The notes under the pieces: model-generated
Databases searched by the model: none
Told to the model about the DNA's origin: nothing
Seen by the model: only the letters and a program-made list of their open reading frames with translations
Program-made: the position numbers and the translations under genes
Part shown: piece by piece, positions 22,444 through 34,436 of the stretch
How positions within the stretch are numbered: position 1 is the stretch's first letter
Layout of the letters: each line of letters begins with the position of its first letter
Assembly (NCBI RefSeq): GCF_024521635.1
Contig: NW_026250407.1
Location: 310,001-374,000, forward strand
DNA from: Tricharina praecox
Taxonomy: Eukaryota
DNA: 64,000 nt
Direction: 5' to 3'

Positions 22444-24573
22444 ATGGAGACCTCACGCGGCCCCCCACGGGTCAAAAACAAGTCTGCCTCAGCGCAGCAG
22501 ATCAGGCACGCCCCCACGCATCCACCGTCTCCCGAACTCCATGCTAACAATGTTCCATCAACAGCGCCGAGCAGATCCTCCGCGAAGCCTTCGAGCGACA
22601 GGAGCCAGGCCTGCAGGCACCCACGCAGCGCTTCGCCGACCTCGAAGAACTCCACGAATTTCAGGGGCGCAAGCGGAAGGAATTCGAAGACTATGTGCGC
22701 CGCAACAGGATCAACATGAACAACTGGATGCGGTATGCGCAGTGGGAGCTCGAGCAGAAGGAGTATGCGCGTGCAAGATCGATTTTCGAGCGCGCGCTTG
22801 ATGTCGATGCGAGGAGTGTCATCCTCTGGTTGAGATACATTGAGGCCGAGATGAAGACGAGGAATATCAATCATGCAAGAAACTTGTTGGATCGCGCGGT
22901 TACGATCCTGCCGAGAGTGGATAAGCTTTGGTACAAATATGTCTACATGGAGGAGACTCTGGGCAATATTCCGGGTACGAGACAAGTGTTTGAGCGCTGG
23001 ATGAGCTGGGAGCCGGAGGAGGCCGCATGGAGTGCGTACGTCAAGCTGGAAAAGCGGTATGGTGAGATCAGCAGGGCGAGAGCGATCTTCCAGAGATTCA
23101 CGCAGGTCCATCCCGAGCCAAGGAACTGGATCAAGTGGGCTAGGTTTGAGGAGGAGTTTGGGACGGAGGATAATGTGCGCGAAGTCTTCACGACGGCCAT
23201 TGAGACGCTGGGCGATGAGTTTATGGATGAGAAGCTATTTGTTGCCTACGCAAGGCAAGTCCACCCATGTGTGTTTCGAATGGAGAAGGGCAAACGCTAA
23301 CAGTAGCAGGTACGAAGCAAAACTCAAGGAGTACGAGCGAGCCCGCGTTATCTACAAATACGCTCTAGATCGTCTTCCCCGGTCCAAATCCTACCTCCTT
23401 CACAGAAACTACACGACATTCGAGAAGCAGTACGGTGAACGGGAAGGAGTCGAGGACGTCATCCTTTCCAAGCGGAGAGTGCAGTACGAGGAACAGATCA
23501 AAGAGAATCCCAAAAACTACGATGTCTGGTTCGACTATGCACGGCTCGAAGAGACCCTAGGCGACCCCGACCGGGTCCGGGACGTCTACGAGCGTGCCAT
23601 TGCGAACATCCCGCCAACTCGCGAGAAGCGTCACTGGCGACGCTACATCTACCTCTGGATCTTCTACGTACTGTGGGAGGAGACAGTGGGCAAGAATATC
23701 GAGCGTACACGGCAGATCTACAACGAGTGTCTCAAGCTCATCCCGCACAAGCAGTTCACATTCGCCAAGATCTGGCTTCTCAAAGCTCACTTTGAGATCC
23801 GTCAGATGAACCTCTCCGCAGCACGCAAGACTCTCGGCCAAGCCATCGGTATGTGTCCAAAGGACAAGCTCTTCAAGGGTTATATCGAGCTAGAAACGAA
23901 GCTGCACGAGTTCTCGCGGTGCCGCACGCTGTACGAAAAGCACATCGAGTTCAACCCGTCGAACGCGGCAACATGGATTCGTTTCGCGGAGCTCGAGATC
24001 GCGCTCGAAGACGAGGACCGTGCGCGCGCCATCTTCGAACTTGCCATTGAGCAAGACACCCTTGATATGCCCGAGCTCGTGTGGAAAGCGTTCATCGACT
24101 TCGAGGAGGAGTCTGGCGAGTTCGAGCGTACCCGCGACTTGTTCGAGCGGCTCCTGCAGAAGACCGACCATGTCAAGGTATGGATTTCGTACGCGCACTT
24201 CGAGATCAACGCGGACGAGATCGAGGTGGATGGCGAGGACACGGTGTCGGAGGATGCCAAAGCACGTGCAAGAAAGGTGTTCGATCGTGCGTACAAGAGC
24301 CTCAAAGAGAAGGATCTCAAGGAGGAGCGGGTGGTGCTGCTCAACGCATGGAAGAGCTTCGAGAGTACTCACGGAGGCGCCGAAGATCTCAAGAAGGTCG
24401 AGGATCAGATGCCCAAGCGAGTCAAGAAGAGAAGAAAGCTCGACGACGACTCGTACGAGGAGTACATGGACTACCTGTTCCCTGCCGACGAACAGGTCAA
24501 CGCTGGCATGCTCAAGCTCATGCAGGCCGCGCAGAACTGGAAGAAGGCTCAGGAGCAGCTTGGGTCATCGTAG
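22444..24573 (+). CDS. CLF1: Pre-mRNA splicing factor CLF1/crooked-neck (HAT repeats), 3 exons, both introns GC-AG
   Basis: [100 protein letters not shown]. Introns 22506-22564 and 23255-23309. Confidence 0.97.
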
Positions 24574-24988
24574 GCTTGGGTAGAGGTGTGTTTTCGGTGT
24601 ATGATATTTTGGACTGGGCATGGTGTAGAAGAATGATATTTAATGATTATCAATTTAGTTAGCTAGCGAGAATGCATGAAGCGGGAATGGGCTTTGTTAG
24701 CTCAGCCTTATTCACCCACCCCACAGCGGGATTGCAAATGTGATCCTCTCCTACGTCCTATTGCATTCCACCCTGAGGACCCATCTGTATTATTAGCTGG
24801 GACTTCCAACCATGCCCCATCTTTCTCTCTTCACGCTTTTCTGCTATTACAGCCAGCGCATCCCTACGTTCTGACAACACACTTTCACAAAGAAAAGCTC
24901 TTGACAAAGTTCGTCTCGGGACAACCCTCCATGCCTCTGGATCCCGAAGACATCCCATTTCCGTTGAGAATCCATCCTCCACAACGAG

Positions 24989-25823
24989 ATGCCTTTCAAT
25001 TGCCAACCGTGTCTCCGCTTTTTCCATGAAATCCAGCGTCCCACCACACCACCGGTGCCTCCCATTCCCCCTCGCTGTATCCTCCTAGGCCCCACCGGCG
25101 CCGGCAAAACCACCTTCCTGCTACAGATCCGTAACGGCGGTCCCAGCGCATACCCGGTGCAACCTACGACCGGCTGCAACGGTACCCGCCCTTCTTCTTC
25201 TTACACATGAAGCTAAATTAACTCCTACAGTCGAAGAATTCCCCATCTCCGGCAGCAGTAGCAGCCTCGTATTCTCGGACATCGGCGGCAGCGACCGTCG
25301 CGAGCTGCGGCTTCACTTCCTGCACGCCGTGCCGATCCTGGACCTTTGCATACTGTTCTTCATCGACGTCACGGCGTCGCTCGAGGAGCTCCCAAATACC
25401 CTCAAGGACCTGGCGTACGCAGTCACGTATGCGCGCAGTCGCGCGGGCTACGGCACGAAGTTTGTCGGTGTTGTGCTGAATAAGCAGGATTTGCTGCGGG
25501 AGGATGAGATTGTGAGGAGTGGGAGGGTTGCGAGGATTACGAGGGAGGTTAGGGGGGCTATGAAGGAGTTTGTGGGTAAGGATGGGGAGGCGGGTTTGAA
25601 GTGGGAGGTGCTGGATGGTGGTGTGGAAGGGATTAGTGCGAGTACTGGAGTGGGTGTCAAAGATGTTCTGATGACGGTCGTAAATGCGGTTTTTGATGGG
25701 GAGGTGCCTGGTGATGCTCCTGCACAGGCTCCGGTGAAGGTGAAAGTGAGGGATGTGGCTACGGGAGTGGCCGGAGTGGCCGGGGAGCTTTTGAGCGCTG
25801 TAAAGGAGAAGGTGAAGCCCTGA
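24989..25823 (+). CDS. Divergent Arf/Arl-family small GTPase (2 exons)
   Basis: G1 LLGPTGAGKTT, G2 PTTGCN|VE (intron 25182-25230), G3 DIGGS, G4 LNKQD, G5 ISASTGVG. Confidence 0.82.
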
Positions 25824-26076
25824 CCTGTAGGCGAATTATCAGGTACGGAGCTGGGGCTTGGAAAAGCGGCGGGGAAGACTCAATAGCGAGTTGAGTGACC
25901 TGTTGATGTTTGAGAGTCAGTGAAATGAGTGATTCCCCATGACATGAAGTCACGTGGCGAATGATGTTAGTGACATGCCACGCTTCGCTTAGCTTGGAAG
26001 CTGGCGCACAGCGCGACTTCACCTCACGCGACGTCATCCAATCCCCATTCAACCACCCAACACAACTTACACAGCA

Positions 26077-28295
26077 ATGGCAGACGCCGACGACCACGCC
26101 CGCCCAACAGAAAAACACAGCTCCCGCAGACCCGAGCGATCCCGAGACCGCGACAGGGAAAGGGACAAGGACAAGGACCGCTCGCACCGGTCTTCGCACC
26201 GCCACCACCACCACCGGTCCTCGCACCACCACCGGTCGCGCTCGCGCGACAAGGAGCGAAACCGCGACAAGGACGGGGACCGAGACCGAGACCGAGATCG
26301 CGATCGTCACCACCGCAAGAAGCGTTCCCGCCGCGATGACGAGGTGGAAGGCTCCGGTTCCGACCGCCACCACAAATCGCGGCGGGAATCATCGCAAAAG
26401 ACGAAGTCGGAAGATGTCCTGGAGCCTACAGAACCCGCACAACTCGTACAATCCGTACAACCCGCGGAACCGTCCGCTAAACGCGACGAGTGGATGGTCG
26501 AGCCCAGCGCGGACTTTATCGATTACACGCAGCGCGGCGCGCGCAAGCCGTCGCCGACAAATCTTGCCGTGAAACCGGATTATCGGCCTACTATCTACAA
26601 GAACGAGCTGAACCAGCAGTTGCGCGACGGGAAGTCACTAGATGAGTACGCCGATGACGAGAATGGGGCCAAGGAGGGGGAGGTCGCGTATATGTTTGGA
26701 GACAGCGGGTCGAATTGGAGGATGACCAGACTCAAGAGGTGTTATGAGACGGCGAAGGAGACCGGGGTTGATCTGGAGGTGGTGGCGTTGGAGAGGTATG
26801 GCGATCTGAGGTTGCTGGATGATGCTAGGGAGGAGGAGATGGAGCTCGGCAGGAGAGAGGTCTATGGTATGGACCGTAAGGATGCGAAGGAGAAGCCGAC
26901 GGGGGAGCTGTGGAGGGAGAGGCTGGCTAAACGGCAAAATATGGAGGTGAAGCTGGAAGAGCGGGCAGCGCAGGAGCAGGCGAGGATCTTGGACGCCGCT
27001 CCTCCTCCTCCGCAGCCGACAACTACGGCAACAACGGTTGTCGATCAGACTACGCTCAACAAGATGCGTGCGGCATTGTTGAAGGCGCAGCTGCGCGGTG
27101 ATCTGAAGGCGGCGAAGATAGAGGAGGATTATAATGCGGCTGTCGAGACGGCAAGATCGGCGCCGAAGACGGATGGTGTCGTTGTCTTGTCGGCGATGGA
27201 TACTCGACAGATTGCCGGACTGGGTGGACGTGTAGGCCGTGAAGTGGTGATGGGCAAGAAAGGGAAAGTTGTGGAGAATGAGGATATGACACTCGATGAC
27301 ATGCTCAGGGAGGAGAAGATCACGAGGGGACAAGGTGCGGGACGACAGATGGCCGAGCGGATCTCGAGGGATGCGAAGTTCGATGTGAGCAATCCTTTCC
27401 CCCCATCTCCATAAGGTATCACTCTAATCTACCTCTTAGGACAATCTGGACTACATGGACGAGAATGCGGCGAAACTTGCCAAGCGCGTTCAAAAGAACG
27501 AGATTGACATCAAAAATATGGCTATCAATGAGTTCAAGAAGGTGCAAAGAGTGCTAGATACATGTCCGCTATGCCAGCAAGACGACAAACCGCCAGTGGC
27601 ACCCGTGATCTCGCTGGCCACCCGCGTCTTCCTGACGCTCCCGACGGAACCAGAGCTGTGCACTGGTGGAGCTGTCATTGTACCTATCCAACATCGCACT
27701 AACATGCTCGAGTGCGATGACGACGAGTGGGAGGAAGTAAGAGTATGTATCCACGGGTTCTGCTGCTCATTGCCCAAGACTGACCACAGATTAGAACTTC
27801 ATGAAGAGCTTAACGCGCATGTACGCCGCTCAGGACCGAGACGTAATCTTCTACGAAAACGCTGCTTCACCTGCGCGCCGGAAGCATGCCGCAATCTTTG
27901 CCGTCCCACTCCCGCGAGAACTCGGCGAGATGGCACCTGCCTACTTCAAAGAAGCGATTCTCTCCGCCGACGAGCAGTGGTCGCAACATAAGCCAATCAT
28001 CGACACCCTCAAGTCCGGTCACGGAAAGATGGCATTCCGCAAGGCACTAATTAAGGAAATGCCATACTTCCATGTGTGGTTCACCATCGACGGCGGAATG
28101 GGACACATCATCGAAGACGAGAACCGTTGGCCCAGGGCGGACCTGTTTGCGCGCGAGCTGCTAGGGGGGATTCTGGAGTGCGAACCAAATATCATCAAAA
28201 AGCAGGGACGATGGAGGGGCGGACGCGACCGCCGCGAGGAGGAGTTCAAGAAAACGTGGCAAAATTGGGATTGGACTAAGGTACTGTACGGATGA
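26077..28295 (+). CDS. CWF19: CWF19-like spliceosome protein (Cwf19/CWF19L2, CwfJ C-terminal domains), 3 exons
   Basis: RD/RS-rich N-terminus; FGDSGSNWRMTRL; ENEDMTLDDMLREEK; DNLDYMDENA; CPLC; VIVPIQH..CDDDEWEEVR|NFMKSL; YFKEAILSADEQWSQHK; MPYFHVWF..GGMGHIIED. Confidence 0.93.
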
Positions 28296-29481
28296 TGCAT
28301 GAAGACTCGCTCGGATGGCCCCCGAGACACACGGTGGGGCGGGGAAGGCGCTTTATCTACTCTACCTCCTAATTCATATACTTGTGCATGGAAAACGTTC
28401 TCGGCAGGATTTGTGCCTGCTCCATCCATCCATATTACATACCATTGCTTTTTCCTCTCGACTCCCCTCCCCTCTCCCCACACATGTGCATGAGCGAAGC
28501 GCAGCTGCGCAGGCTCATGCACAATGAAGGAGAGAATCTGGTCGTGATTTTCTGTAAGAACCAACCAATCACATGGAGCATATGCGCATAAAATACCTCT
28601 CTCTCTCTCTCCACGCCGCAGCCGAAACCCCCACCATCACCACCACGCCCCGCCCACGCATCTGATCGGAGCAAATCCCGTAATTGAACTACTCGCGTAT
28701 GTAGTAGTAGTTGGTTAGTGGGTTAGTGGTGAGCTTATATAGTTTCCCCCGTCCTCGCTCGCTTCCCCACATGTCGAGAAAAACGGGAGGGGCAGGTGCG
28801 TGCTGCGTGCGTGCGGCAGGCTCCGGCCGCCTGTCATACTTGCATGAAGTTTGGTAGGTACATAGAGTACTCTGGGGTATGCACATGTATGAGCACGGGG
28901 TATGTATGAATGTAGGTATGAATGTATGTACATGTGTAAGTGTGTATGTAGCGGCAGGCGGGCGAGCTCACCGGTCATCGTCTGGCTTCTTTGCTGGCTT
29001 GCCTGCTTGATTGGTCTGGCCCCGGGTATCTCGGACTGTGGGGGGGGGTTTGGGACTGGTCAGGTTTTGCTACCGTACGTATGGGCACCGGTGGGATGTC
29101 CGTCATGAGACCTAAGAGCCGAGTGATATACTCCCACTCCATCTTCCTCTTCCTCTCTCCCGCTCCCACAGCAGCTCCCACGGCAGCCCCGCAGTCTTGT
29201 CCTGCGATATTCTGCTGTATTGCGGTGTCTCGGTGGTGGGCACTGGGCCAGCAGCACGAAAGATGAAAAGCTTGATTACGCGGACGCGGAGAAAGTTACT
29301 TCTCTCCCGTCACAGTACACAAGCAAAATCGTGGCACACCCCCCACGGGGAAAATTCTGAGGAAAAAAGCTTCTTTTTTCTTTTTTCTTTTCGAAAGCGG
29401 AATAAAAAAATTAATACCGAATCTATAGTAGCGCTTTTCTTTTATTTTCAAAAAATAAAAATGAAAAAACGGGATTTTTGG

Positions 29482-30170
29482 TTTTTTTTTTGGTTTAATC
29501 ATCAATTCTTTTTGACCTTTCGACCTTGGTAGATCATGACAGACTTACATATACTTTTGCATCCGGCTGTCATTGACTGCTGGCCAGCGGGATTTTCGTT
29601 CTGCGCCTGTGTCTTCGAACGCTCTCCCGACGGGGCGGGGGGCAACGTGTGCGCGAGCGGCAAGGTCGCTTCGTGGGTAATAGGCAGTGCGGAATGGGCA
29701 TGTGTATATGTGCACTGCATTCCCACCTTCCCTCAGAACCTTCCATGCACTCTGCTTCATCTTCCTCTGCAAAAATGGAACTGCACTTTGAGGTTTACAG
29801 CGGTTCGGGCTCGAGGTTCGAAGTTTGAGCTTAGTGCGGGACTGGGGCCACGCCGCACAGCGATACGCCGCACGGTGACATGCAGCGGCAACTAATGCTG
29901 CTGGTGGGCACTGGGAACAGGGCGACGGGGCTGGAGAAATGGAAGGGCGGAAGGGAATTCCGATGGAAACGTGGAAGAACGAATGGAACGTGGAAGGTGT
30001 GCAATACGGGGCTCCGGAGGATGTGCAGTACCTACATACGCGCTCATTCAACGATATGTAGCGCACGTGATGGCCAAGCGCTAGTATCATACCTAAGAAT
30101 AGTCATATCTACGCTGAATGGCTTTTTTTGTTTAATCAGTAATTGCTTGCGACCTAAGTAGATCATGGCA
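29482..30170. repeat. Copies 2 and 3 of the dispersed GTTTAATCA...GTAGATCATG[G/A]CA motif (29482-29543; 30120-30170)
   Basis: Direct sequence match to 2311-2365. Confidence 0.6.
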
Positions 30171-33100
30171 ATGTATTCTACGCTAAATGGCGACTAGAGC
30201 AGCCGTGGATCTGGCACTCACTTCTGAATGACGAGTGCTAGATTGCCAACCGTAGGTAAAATAGTCACACCTACGCTGAACGGCGGCTAGAACAGCCATC
30301 GCAGCCGTGAATCTAGCACTCACTCAATTCTGAATGGCGACTGCCAGAGTACATACGTGCACCTGCCACACGGCTTAGTTACCGCAGGATCCGCACCACC
30401 CGCTATCCACCATTCACCATTCACCACTCACCGCATCCATCGAAAGCTGCCCAACAACATGCCTCGGCGCCGGGCGGTGGTATCGTCTACCTATGCATGC
30501 AATCCAATCCAATCTGAAGCCTCGGTCTCCTCGGGTCGATCGGATAGACGAGCGAGCGAGCGAGCTTCATTGCGCTCATTTCCCACCCACCCATCCACGT
30601 GTCAGCCATTTCACACCACTCCATCCCACCCCATCATCCTATCATCTCACTCCACTCCATCCATGGCAACGGTTCATACGTTAAGTGTTAAGTAAGTGAG
30701 TGCGGGGGATAAGGGTTATCTAAGGGCGGTGGATTCGGCGAGTTGTATATCTGAAATTTTCATGGAAGGCCGTGGAAGATGCAAGCACACGATACATGGA
30801 CGGAATCGAATCGAATTGCGTATCCCCTAGATCGTAGATATGCTGTATCTGGGTCATCCGGCCCGTTTTTGAACGTAAGTGGGTCTATAACTCAGCAACC
30901 ATATGGTTACAACCAAACATGATCTGTTCAAAGTTCACATATCCTGGTACCCGGTGATGATTCTGGCGTCAATTTAGGTGTTTTCATGCTAGTTAAGGAG
31001 AGAAATGCCGTCAAGATGCGAAAAAACAATATGCTGAAATATTTCAAAACTTTAGGAATACTTCTCATAACTCCTTATCATTTGAAGTTCATCAGATGAT
31101 GTTCAGTTATCGGAGTCAAGGATGTAGAAGATTTGGTATTACATGAGTTGCGGCTGTTCAAAAATTCGGGTTTTCGACCAAAACTGCGATGTTGAGGGAG
31201 CTGTGACCACCCACAGGAAAGGCCAACTAATGAGCATTACGTAGAACCCATAGCACAGCAAGGCGGAGATAATCCGAGGTTCTCGAGACTGTAGAAAAAA
31301 TATTTGAGCTCGTGGGTGAGCTGTCAATGGGCGAAATTCGGTGAAAATCGTATCGTCCGAAAAGCTTGTCGCCCCTCACCCACCAAGGGACATAACCAAA
31401 TCTCGAAAAGATAATCATCAGTAGGAGATCACAGAGAAGAGGTCCATCTCATTAGTTGCGGGGTAGCTAGCTAATTAGAGTGGCTATCAGAGCTAGAAAT
31501 CCGCATTTTAAGGATACATTGACCGAAAACGAGCTACGGTCCAGGGGATAGTGGTGGTGATGCATAAAGTGTGGGGAATAAAGATAACGAAAGGGTGGAT
31601 GGATGGATAAGAGTGAAAAAGAAACTTCATGCAGGCCACAGCGTGATGCGTGGTGTGGGGGAGCGGGGGAAGGGCAATGTATGCCTAACAGGCTTTCTCA
31701 CAATATGACAGAGTGCAGACGTATAGGATAGTAGACCAACATGTAGTATGCATATTCCCCGAACCATCAACCTCGAGTCCTGAACTCCTGGGTCTATCCT
31801 CATCGAAGACCACTCTATGCAACGTCCATTAGCGACAGAGAGGTATGGGTAGAATCGTCACCATCGAAACGCAACCTATAAGAAACGTCGAGCTGACGCG
31901 AGGAGCTCAGCCTCGAGCTCCCTGGCTCCCTGGCTTTCTCGAGTTTTAACTTCAGGAGACTCACAATATGGTCCAATGGGAGCTCCACTCAACCATATCT
32001 ATGAACCAGCAAGTGCCCAGGCTGGCCTCGAAACTGCCAGTCGTCGGATGATGATGATGATGACGGGTGGAAGGCAATCTCCACCACCTCTCCGACCCCA
32101 GGTTTCGAACCATTCTTCTTCGTCCCTTCTTCATCCGATCTTTCTTCCGACATTGGTATAGTACCGCCCATAGTGCCGGTACGTAAACCGTCAGATCACA
32201 GGGAGATGGCGGGGGTTTCCAGGCTCGAAGTATTGAAATTTGGGCGGATAGTTATCGAATCTTAAACATAATCGATGCCACCGCCAAGCCGCAAATGTTA
32301 TTCCCGTGTACCGCATTGTATTGTACATGAGATTAAGGTTGTCACTTTTAGAGCACCACTATGGACAGGTTTGAATGAACGGACAAGCATACCCCCCCTC
32401 CTCCATTTGCGAAACAACTCTACTCCACTATATTTTAGCCGACCCGACCCATTCGGCACTATTCTCCCCCCTCCCCCGGGACGCTCCAAGGGGACAAGGC
32501 GAGGTTAAACAGACTTCTAGAAACCGGCAGAACAAACGCCTATGTACTCTAGGTAAAAGGCTAGAAGGTTAAAAGGTTAGAACATTAGACCCCATGGCAT
32601 GGCCCTTCCCACCCACTTCCCACTTCCCTCCCGCCCACCCACTGGCCAAAAGGACCCGAGCACCAAGCACCGAGCGGAGGCTCATCTCGATCCACCGAGC
32701 CCCAAGTCTATCCGACTGATGATGGTATTCCGTGGGCCGTGGTTGGGGTAAATGAGTCCTCGGCTCCTCGGCGCTTTACATGATTTCCGCAGTGGGGTCA
32801 GGTAATCACATGCCATCACTCGCACATTGTGTTTAGCGATCGTGCCTGCTTGGGCGGCAGAATGAGCGCTCGCAAGATTAGGTTCTTCTTCCGAGTCTTC
32901 CACGCTTGCGCTACTATAACCAGCCATGGTCTTTTGAAACATTGGATCCCTGAGAGTCCGTGAGCTTGGGGCTCTGCTGATCATTGTAGGCTCCACAAGG
33001 CTTTGTCATGGCGACTACGCCGGGTTCCGCCTTGCTTCGTAGGTAAATACACGGTAGGCATCTGCACTCCATCACTCCTTTCAAAATCGCAACCTCGTCC

Positions 33101-34395
33101 TTAATTCCGACAATATTGGCATCACTCGTTCGATTGCGGTTGCAGTTGCTCCGACGTTTGTATGTACTATGTACTGGTATCAATGTATCATGCTCTTTCC
33201 GCGACGACGCTCCTCGGGGTGGGGATCTAACGGAGGTGGAGCCTCGCCGAGTCTGTACTATAGTGTGCCGAAATACTGCCCGCCCCGTAGGTGGGTGGCT
33301 GGGCTGGGCAAGCTTCGGTCTAGGTATACTATAGTAAACCTGGCATCGCTCGGCCTCGTCGTGAAACGCGGGAGCCGGATGACCGAACGGAACGGGCAGC
33401 TGTTAGCTCGTAGTTGTCCCGACCCGTCGCACCAACTGCGGCCTCGTCGCCGAGGTTGTATGTAGACTTGCTTGGTGGTACATACGCGGGGTTGAGTGCG
33501 AGTTGAGTTGAGGCGGGCGCCTTGAAATGTACTATAAGCACGACGGGGCGTCTTCCCCGCGTCTCCCGCCTTTGAGTGCGGGGGCCGGTGGTCGCGATGC
33601 CCCCTGCTGCTTTCCTCGCCGGCACGGTTTTGCATCTCCTCCATCGGTCACCGGTGTAGGGCCGCCATTGACGTAAGCAGAGCCGGATGAAACGACCAGC
33701 GCTCGTCGCACAGCACGTCGCACGCAGCACGCAGCACGCCGTTGCACCGCAGCGAGCAGCGAACACAGAGGGGCATCATGCCCAGCATGTACAGACGCGG
33801 CGGACACAGCACACCACACCACAGCACAGATCGAGTCGTTTCTCGCCACCGAATGGACGGTTGGAAACAGCCTCACACACCCGTCCGTCCGCGAAACCGG
33901 CTAACTCCCTCCCCCCTCTCTTCTTTGACATCGATATCGTGGCTTGCGCTGTGCAATGTTTGTTTCCGCTTCCCCCCCCTCTCTCTCTGCCGACCGACAT
34001 GGAACAGGCTTTGTTTGTCCTGCGATGCTGCGTGGCAATATCGTCACCGAGACAGACCCTGCAGCTCCTCCATCCATCCTCCATCACCCATCCATCCAGC
34101 CATCCATCCCCCGCATCCGTGCAGATGAGCAAGGGTTTGTCCGTAGCCCGGTGCGGCCAATGCGTAGCATATACACAGAGTATGTACATACCATAGGTAG
34201 TTTCTGCCGCATCCGACCGGCCGTTGTACATACGTGAGTGCGTATGTGTATAGAGTAGGTAGCATAGAGTAGCATATAGTAGTGGCGAGTGTGCTGTGCA
34301 GTGATTCCAATCCGCGCGGGGTGTGCATGTGCAATGAATTTGCAGGACCGGGCAGAAGTCGCATCCCGAACGAATATCATGGGGCATTGTTGCTG

Positions 34396-34397
<2 letters not shown>

Positions 34398-34435
<38 letters not shown>
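34398..34435. repeat. (TTA)n microsatellite
   Basis: About 12 consecutive TTA units. Confidence 0.95.

Positions 34436-34436
<1 letters not shown>

Noticed and set aside
30850..31520. TE-like subterminal sequence (also ~13200-13440 and ~21700-21900)
   Set aside because: The texture suggests old non-autonomous DNA elements, but I could not find TIRs, TSDs or alignable copies.
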